Shown: positions 20,191 to 29,664, counted from the first letter of the stretch. The stretch: DNA of 59,167 nucleotides from Candidatus Binatus sp. (GCA_050010075.1 JBEKLS010000004.1:1-59167); one strand, 5' to 3'. A program made the numbers and translations. Notes: generated by a model not told the origin, from the sequence alone.

Positions 20191-20565
20191 ATGAGTCCGA
20201 GAACAAAAGAAGCCGTTGGTACCAATCCGTTTTCCGTTTTGGGAGAAGCGCTGGAATCCGCCGCAGAAACCTTTGGCGACGCCACCACCAACGCACGCGC
20301 ATCGGCCAAAGTGGCAGCCCGAAACGTGAAAGCGGGCGTCGGTGCGGGGGCTTACAAAACGGCCTACGGCGTTTCCTATGGACTGGTATTCGCGGGGGTG
20401 TTCCTGACTGAATTGCTCCCGGAAGAAAACGTCCTGCGTCGCGGCCTCGAAGATGGCGCCGAAGCCGGATTAGACGCCGCCGCGAGCAGAAAAGTAAAAG
20501 CGCCGACCGCTTCAATCCGCTCGATCGCTGGAAAGAAAAAGTCCGCCCCTGCAAAAGCTAGATAA
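20191..20565 (+). CDS. small Ala/Gly-rich membrane-associated protein with GxxxG motif
   Basis: 124 aa; hydrophobic segment YGVSYGLVFAGVFL; GAGG RBS; Lys-rich tail. Confidence 0.75.
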   Translation: MSPRTKEAVGTNPFSVLGEALESAAETFGDATTNARASAKVAARNVKAGVGAGAYKTAYGVSYGLVFAGVFLTELLPEENVLRRGLEDGAEAGLDAAASRKVKAPTASIRSIAGKKKSAPAKAR

Positions 20566-20687
20566 AGCGCAGGCTCTCAACCGCCTGCAAGTAGACAAAG
20601 CCGCGTACCTCAGAAAAAGGCAATTGCTAACGTGCTGTTGTGCCTGTGAAGGTGATGAACAGTGGCGAAGTATAGGCTTTGGGTTGT

Positions 20688-21824
20688 CTAGCTTTCACCA
20701 GGCTGGCTCACGAGGGGTGTAGCGGAGGGTAGGCCGTGCCAGCGCCGGCCGGAGTTGAGGATCGCGCCGAGCGAGGTGAGGTTGCGCCGGTCGGCAAGGA
20801 CGGCAACAGCGGCGAGCAGACGTCCTTCGCTCAATTCGTCGAACGCATCGCCCAGAGAGACTGCAAGATGCAGCATAACGCTCGCATCCCGGTAGCAATC
20901 CGCCATACAAGCCGTGCAGCCGTCGCGGACGAGCTTGCCTCGATCGAATTCCCAAACGGAGCAAATCGGTGTCCGCCAATTTTCACAGCGCCACAGGTCG
21001 TAATTCCAATCCATATAAAAGTACTTGTACCCGCCATAGCAGACAAAACGCTCTGCCTCGCCGTGCAGACGCCGCTTCCTGTCGGCGATGGATGCGCGTG
21101 GATTCTGTAGCGGAAAGAGCGGGCGCAGTTCCTCGACCGCTTCGAAGGAGGCCAGGAGTTCAGCGGGCGCGAACTCAACGAGGTCGGAGTCGTCGCTCCA
21201 CACGAGAGAGCTCGACCCGAGCGGTGTCTTGCGCGGATAGGAAAACGTCACAGCCGAAAAGCCCAATCCGCGCAGGAATGATGCCAACGCTTTGTAGTCG
21301 CGGATGAGGCGGCTCATGGTGACCGAAGCGACGGCCGTCATCCCTAACGATGGCATGCGCCGCGTCGCCGTTGCGATTCGCGCGCACACGCCTCGCAGGC
21401 CGCGATTGGTCTCGTGGACCTCTACGTCGGGTGCGTCGATCGAGATCAAGACGGTCTTGACGCCAGCTCTCGCCAACCCGTCCAGCTTATCCGCCAGGAG
21501 CCAGCCATTGGTGATGACCATCGGCTCAATACCCATTGAACGCGCGGTCGATGCCATGTCGACGAGCTTTGGGTGCAACAATGGCTCGCCGCCCATGAAG
21601 ATCGCGTAACGTACGCCGCCGTGCTGGTGCAGAATCGCGAGCGCCCCCGCGAAGCGGTCAGCATCGAGCCAGCGCCGCTCTCGCACGTATCCCTTGTCGT
21701 AGGCGAAGTTGCAGAATCCGCATGTGGCATTGCAAGTGTTGGTGACTGACACGTTGCAGACCGCCGGGCCACCGTAGCGGAGGAGCCGCAGGAGATCGAC
21801 GATGGTCCTGGCCCGTTCGATCAT
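20688..21824 (-). CDS. radical SAM protein with twitch/SPASM-like C-terminal cysteines
   Basis: CNATCGFC, GGEPLLH, ISIDA; C-terminal CYGG...WRC...CTACMADC. Confidence 0.9.
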   Translation of the reverse strand: MIERARTIVDLLRLLRYGGPAVCNVSVTNTCNATCGFCNFAYDKGYVRERRWLDADRFAGALAILHQHGGVRYAIFMGGEPLLHPKLVDMASTARSMGIEPMVITNGWLLADKLDGLARAGVKTVLISIDAPDVEVHETNRGLRGVCARIATATRRMPSLGMTAVASVTMSRLIRDYKALASFLRGLGFSAVTFSYPRKTPLGSSSLVWSDDSDLVEFAPAELLASFEAVEELRPLFPLQNPRASIADRKRRLHGEAERFVCYGGYKYFYMDWNYDLWRCENWRTPICSVWEFDRGKLVRDGCTACMADCYRDASVMLHLAVSLGDAFDELSEGRLLAAVAVLADRRNLTSLGAILNSGRRWHGLPSATPLVSQPGES

Positions 21825-22388
21825 TCTTTGCCCCTCGGGCGTGAAGGGTTTAGCGGCTCGACCCGCTCCAGATTAAATGCCATCAGCCGCACCCTCGCGA
21901 CGAAGCTGTGAAAGGTAAGCGTCGCCGAAAGCTTGCCGACGCCACGGGCTCGGTTATGAACCACAATTGGTATTTCGGCAAGATGGAAGCGCCTATCCGC
22001 GCGCGTAGCTGCTGCAATTTGAATCCTGAGTCACGCTCGCACCAACTCCCGGCGTTTTGCAAACGCAAAGTCCGAGCCCACTTTTGAGTTGTTCCGGCTG
22101 TGCTTACCAAGAACTCTGAAGGCAGCGAAAAGTCTAGAGGTTTGAAATTCACCGCGATGACATCGGCATGAGTAAATCCAAACGACTGTTTTGAGAAGCG
22201 ACGGCGACCCGCCGGACCCACCACCTCGGCCTCGCTCCGTCAGATGTGGAAACTCGCCCCGTCTCACGAAATAGCTCGTCGACCACGGAACATGGAGTGT
22301 TAACCGACTTGAACTTCTACAAAGCTGAGAGGAAAGCCGAATCGATCAGGTTTGACACGGTCGCCGTTCACGCGAGGACGCCAAGGGG

Positions 22389-23606
22389 CTACCCTAATGC
22401 TCCCGAGGATACAAGCTCGCTGATTTTGTCCTCGTCGTACCCCAGAATCTCGGAAAGGACATGTTGATTGTCTTGACCAAGACTAGGAGCGGCCCGGCGA
22501 ACTCCCGCCTGCGTCCGCGAGAGAATTGCGCGAGGACCCTCGACGGTGAAACTGCCAAGCGTAGGATGATTCAGATCGACAAAATGCCCTCGATGAACGA
22601 ATTGCGGGTCCCGAAAGGCTTCTGAACTGTTTTGCACTCGGTGGGCCGCGACACCTTGTGATTGGAGTATACGTTCGATCTCGGCGCCATCCAGCTCTCG
22701 GCTCCATTCACTGATAGCTGCGTCGAGTGCTTCACGATGTTGAAATCGTGACGCACCGGAGGAGTAACGAGGGTCAGAACCAAGATCGACACGACCCATC
22801 ACTGCACATAGTTGTTGCCAATCGCGATCGCCCTTGCAAACTATAGCGACCCATTTGTCTTCACCCGAGGCCGGGTAGACGCCATGTGGTGAGAATGTAT
22901 TGTCACTATTACCAGCTCTTACCTGAACCCGACCGTTCACTGTGTAGTCGAGAATCGCCTGACCTAGAAAGTGTAGAGAACATTCCGACTGCGACTGATC
23001 GATGTACTGTCCTTGGCCAGTGCGACGGCGAAATTCGAGCGCGGCGAGAATGGCCATCGCGCTGAATCGGGGCGAAATGTAGTCAGTGTAGGCGCCGAAT
23101 GGACCCGCCGGCGGACGGTCGGGCCATCCAGTGAGATTGTGAAATCCCGAAATCGCCGCCGCCATGTTTCCGTATCCCGCGATTTTGGCAATCGGACCCG
23201 TCTGACCCATGAGGCACGAACTAAGCATGATTATGTCGGGTTTAATCTTCCGCATTTGCTCGTAATCGAAGCCCCACGCCCGCATCGCTTTAGGTGAGAA
23301 TGATTCGGTTACCACATCTGCCCACTTGACGAGATCAAAAACGATTTCACGAGCTGTTGGATTTCCGAGGTCGAGTGCAATTCCGAGTTTGCCGGCGTTG
23401 CAATTGGCAAATAGCCCTGAGCTATCCGGGCCAAGTTTATTTCCATGATACGGTTGAAGCGTCCGTGCCGTGTCCACGCGAGTGGGTGACTCTATTCGCA
23501 CCACAGTTGCTCCGTAGTCTGCAAGAATACGGGTTGAAGCAGGGCCGGCCATCACCCACATGAAGTCCAGGATCTTGACGTCACTGAGTGGTCGATCATC
23601 GTGCAT
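22389..23606 (-). CDS. class III (CaiB/BaiF) CoA transferase, BbsF-like subunit
   Basis: LADYGATVVRIES, N.GKLGIALDL, ADVVTESFSP, PPAGPFGAYTD (catalytic Asp position present), APSLGQDN. Confidence 0.9.
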   Translation of the reverse strand: MHDDRPLSDVKILDFMWVMAGPASTRILADYGATVVRIESPTRVDTARTLQPYHGNKLGPDSSGLFANCNAGKLGIALDLGNPTAREIVFDLVKWADVVTESFSPKAMRAWGFDYEQMRKIKPDIIMLSSCLMGQTGPIAKIAGYGNMAAAISGFHNLTGWPDRPPAGPFGAYTDYISPRFSAMAILAALEFRRRTGQGQYIDQSQSECSLHFLGQAILDYTVNGRVQVRAGNSDNTFSPHGVYPASGEDKWVAIVCKGDRDWQQLCAVMGRVDLGSDPRYSSGASRFQHREALDAAISEWSRELDGAEIERILQSQGVAAHRVQNSSEAFRDPQFVHRGHFVDLNHPTLGSFTVEGPRAILSRTQAGVRRAAPSLGQDNQHVLSEILGYDEDKISELVSSGALG

Positions 23607-24847
23607 CAGATGATTCCATCTTGCGAAAGCTTTGCGAACTCACCGTCGCTCATACCGAGTTCGCCGCAAAATATTTCTCGATTGTGCTCGCCGACCGTTG
23701 GCGGTCTGCGGCGGTATTGAATGGGCGCGGCGCTGAATTTTGCAAACGGGCCGGGATAAGAGAATGAAGCGCCGAGTTCTGGATGCTCGACGGACTGAAA
23801 GTAGCCGCGTGCCGCCAGTTGTGAGCTTTGGACAACCTCCTCGACGGTGGCTACCGGCGTTATCAGTAAGCCTTTTTCCACGGCAAGTTGTAGCAGCTCA
23901 GCCTTGGTGTGATGACGCGTGAAGGTTCGTACGACCTCCTTTACGCGTTCGAACTCCTCGAGCGGTTCCGTACCACCGGACAGCATCTCGCCATACTGTA
24001 TCCAGTCTTTGTCAGCGGTCGATTTGTCGCAAAACCCTTGTCCATGAATGTGCTGCATCAATCTTTTCGTGAAAACGCCAATCGCCGATCCGAATAAAAA
24101 CGCCAATGCTACAAACCCATCCCTGGAAGGCCACACAAACGGTATATCCAGCTGGCCAAGCCTCATCCCGCCGGACATCCTGCGTGCCTCGGGTGAACCG
24201 AGCGGCGCAGCGAGTATGTAAGACTGTGTTGCGAGCGCGACGGACTGCAGCGCGGCTACATCTATGTACTGTCCCAGCCCGGAGCGAGAGCGCTCGTGAT
24301 GGGCAGCCAGCGAGGCGACCGCCGCGTCCGCCGAGGCATGCAGGTAGGCTTGCGGAACGCTGAGACGCACGGGAGGACGGTCAGCGTCACCGGCAAGAAT
24401 CAACGGACCGCCTGCGGCCATGATAACCAGATCGCTCTCGGCATAACTGGCTTTCGGTCCATGCTGACCGAAGCCGGTGATCGAAACGTATATCAGCGCA
24501 GGATTGATCGGGCTCAAATCGGCGAAGCCAAGGTGGCGCTGCGCAAGATGACCGGGGTTGTACGATTCGATGAGGAAGTCGGCGCGGTGGACCAGTTGGC
24601 GAAGAATAACCTGCCCCTCCTGGCGATCCAGGTTCAGCGTGATCGAGCGTTTGTTGCGGTTGTACGCCCACCAATACAACGAGCGGTCGGGATGCGGAGC
24701 GTCGTTGACGAAGGGCGCGATGTTGCGCGCATCGCAACCTCCGGGCGGCTCGATCTTTATAACGTCGGCGCCCATGTCGCCGAGACATTGGGCGCAAAAG
24801 AGTCCTCGCTCAGTGGAAAGATCGAGAACCCGATACGGCTGGAGCAT
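23606..24847 (-). CDS. class III CoA transferase, BbsE-like subunit
   Basis: LGDMGADVIKIEPPGG, NRNKRSITLNL, SITGFGQHGP, PPVRLSVPQAY, PPTVGEHN; TGATG overlap with its partner. Confidence 0.9.
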   Translation of the reverse strand: MLQPYRVLDLSTERGLFCAQCLGDMGADVIKIEPPGGCDARNIAPFVNDAPHPDRSLYWWAYNRNKRSITLNLDRQEGQVILRQLVHRADFLIESYNPGHLAQRHLGFADLSPINPALIYVSITGFGQHGPKASYAESDLVIMAAGGPLILAGDADRPPVRLSVPQAYLHASADAAVASLAAHHERSRSGLGQYIDVAALQSVALATQSYILAAPLGSPEARRMSGGMRLGQLDIPFVWPSRDGFVALAFLFGSAIGVFTKRLMQHIHGQGFCDKSTADKDWIQYGEMLSGGTEPLEEFERVKEVVRTFTRHHTKAELLQLAVEKGLLITPVATVEEVVQSSQLAARGYFQSVEHPELGASFSYPGPFAKFSAAPIQYRRRPPTVGEHNREIFCGELGMSDGEFAKLSQDGII

Positions 24848-24896
24848 GCCCGATCAGAAGCAAACCATATGCCGGGAGCAGGCGCGAATCTGCGTA

Positions 24897-26876
24897 TCAG
24901 GTGTAGTCCGATCGGATCTGGTGCTTCTTGAGCTTTCGATATAGCGTGACTCGGCTCACTCCCAGCATCACGGCCGCTCGCGACAGGTTGTCGCCTGAAG
25001 CGCGAAGCGCTTCCAGGATAGCTGCGCGTTCCGAATCCATCAGCAGCGTCTGGGCCTTCTGCGGCGGTTGAGCAACGGCAGGAGCGAATTGGCACGAGGC
25101 ACAAGCCGGCGAACATACATACTCTGGCAGATCAAATTCGCTGATGGTGGCGCCCGTCATGGTCTGCTTTGCCTGCGACAAAGCGTTGCGAAGCTCGCGC
25201 ACATTGCCCGGCCAACAGTAGCTCTCCATTCGTTCGATGGCCCGGTCCGTGATATCGGTGCCCGTGCCTTTGAGAAAGTGCGCAACCAGCGCACGGATAT
25301 CAGCACGCCGCTGACGAAGAGGCAGAAGCTCGAGCATCTGAGTGCTCAACCGATAGTACAAATCCTGTCGAAATGAGCCATCCTGGATCTTCTTTTTGAG
25401 ATCCACGTTGGTTGCGGCCAGTATTCGAACGTCAGCCTCGAAGGGTACCTCCGAGCCGACGGGGAAAACGCGCTTCTCCTCGAGGATCCGCAACAAATGA
25501 CTCTGCATTTTGGGCGACATCGCCTCGACTTCATCGAGGAACAGAGTGCCACCGTTGGCCGATCTGAATTTTCCCTGCCGTCCGCGCCGCGTCGCACCGG
25601 TAAAGGCTCCCTCGACATATCCAAACAGTTCGGCGCCCAGCAATTCGTCGCTCATGGCGCCGCAGTTGACGGGAATGAAAGGCCTGGAACGACGCGCGCT
25701 CGCGTTGTGGATAGCCTGAGCGAACATCTCTTTTCCGGTTCCTGATTCGCCCGTGATGAGTACCGCGTCGTCGGTATAGGAGATGCGTTCCGCGCGCTTC
25801 AGAGATGAAGCAAGGATGTCGCTGACTCCTACAATGTCGGCAAAAGCGTAGGTCGGCCTCCATGGAGAGTCAGCACCGGCTTGCCGTTGCGAGCTATCCA
25901 TGATCGCAATATATCCGGCGACGGTTCCTTCATTGACGACCGGATACAACTGGGCCAGACCGGTAAATCCAGCGCGTCCGCGCAAAGCGATCGTATCGGT
26001 CGACCGGGAAAGCGTGGTTTCCGGAGCGACCAGGTTCATCTCCGCTAAACTGGATAAGGAGCGCGGCGAGCCGAGCGGGATTCCTAACAGCTTGGAGGCC
26101 TCAGGCGACGCTCTCAACAGCAGAGAATCAGCGGTGATAGCAAGACATGCTTCAGACTTGTATCGATCGCGAGCCGAGGCGTAGTTCTCGTACAGCAAGA
26201 GCCGGGCGTTCGCCGATTTCGAATGAAGGCTTCTCTCAATCAGATGAGCGCAGTTTGCGATCAGGGCTTTGGCCTTGGCGTGAGCTTCTTCCTGGAATCC
26301 ATAAATACAGACGATCCCAGCCAGGCGGTTGGAGAACAAGTCCCTGATGGGAGCTGCGTGCCCGGCCCAGTTTTGTCCCACCTGAATGTAATGCTCGAAA
26401 CCCACTATTGATATTGGACGCTGGAGACGGAGACAGCACGCGAGCGAATCCGTGCCCATCAGTTCCTCGGTCCAGCAGGCTCCGGAAATCGCATTTATTT
26501 CTTCGGCGGCGGTCAGCGCGCGCGGACCAGCTACAAACTGAAGAATTCGACCCTGGGCGTCTGCCACTAGCAGAAGCACATTGGGAAGATCTCTAAGCGC
26601 ATCAAACGTGAAATCGAGAATCGGAGAGCAAACCTGACTCAAGATGCTCTCTGACTGGAGTCGGCTGAGAACGTCGTCTTCCAGAACTCTGGGAGCTTTG
26701 CACTTCTCCGGACTTAAGCCGTACGACCTACTGCGCAACCAGGACTCACGCACCTCAGGTCGCAACTTCTGGAGGTTTGCGTCCTCGATCCCCGACATGA
26801 ATCTTTCCCAGAGTCGAGACACTACGCGCTGATCAAATGTCAACACATTACAACTGCTCCGTAACAAATGATTCAA
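24897..26876 (-). CDS. GAF-domain sigma-54-dependent enhancer-binding activator (AcoR-like, Fis HTH)
   Basis: SWLRS and GAF N-terminus, GESGTGKE Walker A, GAFTGA, FLDE, RILAATN, WPGNVREL, C-terminal LGVSRVTLYRKL. True start may be GTG 26846 or TTG 26843 (GGAG upstream). Confidence 0.95.
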   Translation of the reverse strand: MNHLLRSSCNVLTFDQRVVSRLWERFMSGIEDANLQKLRPEVRESWLRSRSYGLSPEKCKAPRVLEDDVLSRLQSESILSQVCSPILDFTFDALRDLPNVLLLVADAQGRILQFVAGPRALTAAEEINAISGACWTEELMGTDSLACCLRLQRPISIVGFEHYIQVGQNWAGHAAPIRDLFSNRLAGIVCIYGFQEEAHAKAKALIANCAHLIERSLHSKSANARLLLYENYASARDRYKSEACLAITADSLLLRASPEASKLLGIPLGSPRSLSSLAEMNLVAPETTLSRSTDTIALRGRAGFTGLAQLYPVVNEGTVAGYIAIMDSSQRQAGADSPWRPTYAFADIVGVSDILASSLKRAERISYTDDAVLITGESGTGKEMFAQAIHNASARRSRPFIPVNCGAMSDELLGAELFGYVEGAFTGATRRGRQGKFRSANGGTLFLDEVEAMSPKMQSHLLRILEEKRVFPVGSEVPFEADVRILAATNVDLKKKIQDGSFRQDLYYRLSTQMLELLPLRQRRADIRALVAHFLKGTGTDITDRAIERMESYCWPGNVRELRNALSQAKQTMTGATISEFDLPEYVCSPACASCQFAPAVAQPPQKAQTLLMDSERAAILEALRASGDNLSRAAVMLGVSRVTLYRKLKKHQIRSDYT

Positions 26877-26989
26877 AACTGATCTGATTCGGAGGTGCGC
26901 TTGTGCGCTTACCTGCTCGTTAGCAATCTTCTCGATTCTATGTCAAGCAAACCGGCTCGCCTGCAAGGACAATACTTCTGCTCCACGCC

Positions 26990-27005
26990 GGGCACGCAGA
27001 TTGCT
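26990..27005 (+). promoter_or_regulatory. sigma-54 (-24/-12) promoter
   Basis: GGGCACGCAGATTGCT matches consensus TGGCACG-N4-TTGC(A/T) with exact GG-N10-GC spacing. It lies about 60 bp upstream of the operon ATG and is divergent from a bEBP gene. Confidence 0.88.
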
Positions 27006-27066
27006 CTGGCTATGTTGACTCACCAACGTGACTTGGCGCTTCGCGGAAAGGCTAAGGAGGAAAGGC

Positions 27067-27417
27067 ATGGCGACATTCAGCTTGGTCGAGATCTGGAGGC
27101 CACGACCCGGATGGCATGAGCTCACTCAAGCTCATAAGCACGAATTCCATGTGAAAGCGCAGACCGTGCTCCAAACCATGTTCGGCAAGGGAGCGAAGCT
27201 GCTGGGAATCCATCGCTGTCGAGCTCTCTCCGAGGGCGGATGGGACGTCTTCGCCTATTGGCAGATGCCAAGCATGGATCTGGTGGTGGAGTTGTCGGAG
27301 CGACTCGAGCGGGTCGGTTGGAACGTATATTTCGAGCAAGTGAACTACGTCGGCAAAACCATCACCGCGGAGGAATACACAGAAAGCCTGCTCAGCGGGG
27401 TAGAGGCAATTCAATGA
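27067..27417 (+). CDS. small dimeric alpha-beta barrel protein (DUF6616-like)
   Basis: AAGGAGG RBS; VEIWRPRPGW...WDVFAYWQMP...GWNVYFEQVN pattern. Confidence 0.7.
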   Translation: MATFSLVEIWRPRPGWHELTQAHKHEFHVKAQTVLQTMFGKGAKLLGIHRCRALSEGGWDVFAYWQMPSMDLVVELSERLERVGWNVYFEQVNYVGKTITAEEYTESLLSGVEAIQ

Positions 27418-27872
27418 GCGACATCAATCAGGCTAAGAAGGAAATTACCTCGCTACTGGATCGTTGGATAAGTGCCTTCAAGGTGAAGGACTTCGATACT
27501 CTACGTAACTGTTGGGATTCAACCTATGACGGCTTGGTATATCAAGCCGAGGAATTTCCAAAGCCGCTAACGAGCTGGCTGCACATCAAGCACTACTACC
27601 GCGAAGTGCTGACCAAACTAATAGTACGAGTCACCAAATGGGATCGGAGTGGCCTTTGGATCAGTGTCTTCGGCGATGTTGGCTACGCATACAGCACCAA
27701 TGATTTCACGATGGTGGTGCACAACCTTCCAGACGCGTACAGCGGAAACGTCAGGCAAACCTTCGTTGTCCGGAAAGTCGATGGCGCGTGGAAAATAATT
27801 CACTACCACGAATCGCTGCAGAGCATGCCAACACCTGAGGAGTTACGCCTCGATGAGCCGGACCCCAAGTAA
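27414..27872 (+). CDS. SnoaL/NTF2-like protein
   Basis: ATGA overlap with the previous gene; C-terminal RQTFVVRKVDGAWKIIHYHES. Confidence 0.82.
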   Translation: MSDINQAKKEITSLLDRWISAFKVKDFDTLRNCWDSTYDGLVYQAEEFPKPLTSWLHIKHYYREVLTKLIVRVTKWDRSGLWISVFGDVGYAYSTNDFTMVVHNLPDAYSGNVRQTFVVRKVDGAWKIIHYHESLQSMPTPEELRLDEPDPK

Positions 27873-27957
27873 GTGAAGTTGAAGTTCAGAAGCCACGAAG
27901 AATCCTAAGATCACGGGCATTCAAACAAGGTCTAATTTTGAGGGAGATGAAAAGCAC

Positions 27958-29058
27958 ATGAAATTTGGTCTTCTTTCCGAGGCAGAAACTGCTCCAGGCA
28001 CCACGCACTATCGTCGCTACATGGAGGTAGTCGATGAGGTAATCCTGGCAGAAGAAATGGGTTGGGATTTTTTTGGGACCTCTGAACAGCATTTCATCAG
28101 TCCGGTAGCTTGCGTATCTGCTCCGGAAACTTTCTATCCATTCATCGCGGCGAAGACGAGCAAAATCAAACTCAGGCACATGGTCGTCCTGCTGCCGTTC
28201 CCTTTCAACCATCCGATCAGGGTCGCGGAACGGCTCGCAACGCTGGACATTGTTTCCAACGGCCGCGCGGAGCTCGGAACGGGGCGCGCAAATACGCTGC
28301 TTGCGCTCGACGGATTCAACTGTCCGCTCGATGAAACTCGCGCACGCTGGGAAGAAGGCCTCGAGGTCGTGATGAAGGCGTTCCTGAACGATCCGTTTAC
28401 TCACGAGGGCAAGTATTTCAAGATTCCGCCGCGGTCGCTGTCACCCAAAGGTGTCCAGGTGCCGCATCCGCCTGTATGCATGGTTGCCCAGTCGCCCGAG
28501 TCTCACGCAGTCGGCGCATCAAAAGGAATCGGGGTTCTCTCCTGGGATCTATATTTCGGACCCGACTACGTAAAGAAGTGCTACGACGTATATCGGGAGG
28601 GCATTAAGACTGCGAAGCCGGTTGGCGGGTTCATCAACAACTGCTTCTCCGCAGTAGTACTGAACTCCGTCTGCGCCGAATCGACTAAGGACGCGATGAA
28701 GGTTGCGAAAGAGGCGTTCCCGCGATTCGTCACTCCCGTGATTGAGGATCTCTACCCGCAATTGGGCCACAGGTCCGATAGCTACGGATATACCCTGCAG
28801 ATGGAAAAAATCCGGAGCAAGGCCCGAGACCTGGATTGGATGCTGAGCGAGACATCGTGCATCGCTGGCGAGCCAGATGTTTTTATCAAGCGCTGTGAAA
28901 CCTACAAGGCGCTTGGCGCCGACGAAGTAGTCTTCCGGCTCGACGGAAACCACGAGGAAATAAGCAGGGCGATCGAGTTGATCGGGAAATACGTTATTCC
29001 CAGGTTCAAGACGCCGAGCACCGTTATCCAGAACAGCGAATATACGCCGGTTCCCTAG
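27958..29058 (+). CDS. LLM class (luciferase-like) flavin-dependent oxidoreductase 1
   Basis: MKFGL, AEEMGWD...SEQHF, HPIRVAERLATLDIVSNGRAELGTGR, PKGVQVPHPP. Confidence 0.93.
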   Translation: MKFGLLSEAETAPGTTHYRRYMEVVDEVILAEEMGWDFFGTSEQHFISPVACVSAPETFYPFIAAKTSKIKLRHMVVLLPFPFNHPIRVAERLATLDIVSNGRAELGTGRANTLLALDGFNCPLDETRARWEEGLEVVMKAFLNDPFTHEGKYFKIPPRSLSPKGVQVPHPPVCMVAQSPESHAVGASKGIGVLSWDLYFGPDYVKKCYDVYREGIKTAKPVGGFINNCFSAVVLNSVCAESTKDAMKVAKEAFPRFVTPVIEDLYPQLGHRSDSYGYTLQMEKIRSKARDLDWMLSETSCIAGEPDVFIKRCETYKALGADEVVFRLDGNHEEISRAIELIGKYVIPRFKTPSTVIQNSEYTPVP

Positions 29059-29129
29059 CACGGTTCGGGTGGTTAACTCTCCAGGACCTTTTCGACGCGG
29101 CTCAATCGAGTGAAACAAGGAGTAGGAAA

Positions 29130-29624
29130 ATGTCAGAGTTAAGTGATGCCGGTTTCGATAAGCAGAAGGAGCTTGCAGCGGTCAACGATCTTTACAGCCG
29201 CTGGTGCAAAGCTTGGTTAAGTTTTCCTGATACGACATTGATGCTCAGCTTGTACGACAAAGAGTTCGACGGGATGCTATATACGGCCGAAGAGATTCCC
29301 AGCGGGCTCCTCACTTACAAAGACATCGAGGCGTACTGGCACAATGCTCACAACCTACTGGCATCGGTAACCGACTGGACCGAGATGGCGAAGTCGGTTT
29401 CCTTCCTCTCGCCTACGGCCGCGATAATCTGGGCAGAAGTAATGACCGCACTTACCACTACGGTCATGCCAGAAAAAATAGTCGGCAAGCTAAGGTGTTC
29501 GATTGGAGTTCGAAAAGGTAAGCAGGGATGGGCGATAGTGCATTATCACGAATCGCGTCAGCTCCTGGCGGCGGCGGACAAGGCCGGGAAGTGGTCGTTC
29601 TTTGTTGATCTGACCATCAAGTAA
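29130..29624 (+). CDS. SnoaL/NTF2-like protein
   Basis: C-terminal GWAIVHYHES; paralog of 27414-27872 (shared Y.AEE.P..L motif). Confidence 0.8.
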   Translation: MSELSDAGFDKQKELAAVNDLYSRWCKAWLSFPDTTLMLSLYDKEFDGMLYTAEEIPSGLLTYKDIEAYWHNAHNLLASVTDWTEMAKSVSFLSPTAAIIWAEVMTALTTTVMPEKIVGKLRCSIGVRKGKQGWAIVHYHESRQLLAAADKAGKWSFFVDLTIK

Positions 29625-29664
29625 CACGAGTCGAAGCACACCTTGTCCCAAGGGAGTCAAGAAA

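Noticed and set aside
20688-22390. Radical SAM/SPASM as a RiPP maturase with a nearby precursor peptide
   Set aside because: No credible short precursor, PqqD/RRE domain, peptidase or exporter; ORF 21883-22224 looks non-coding.
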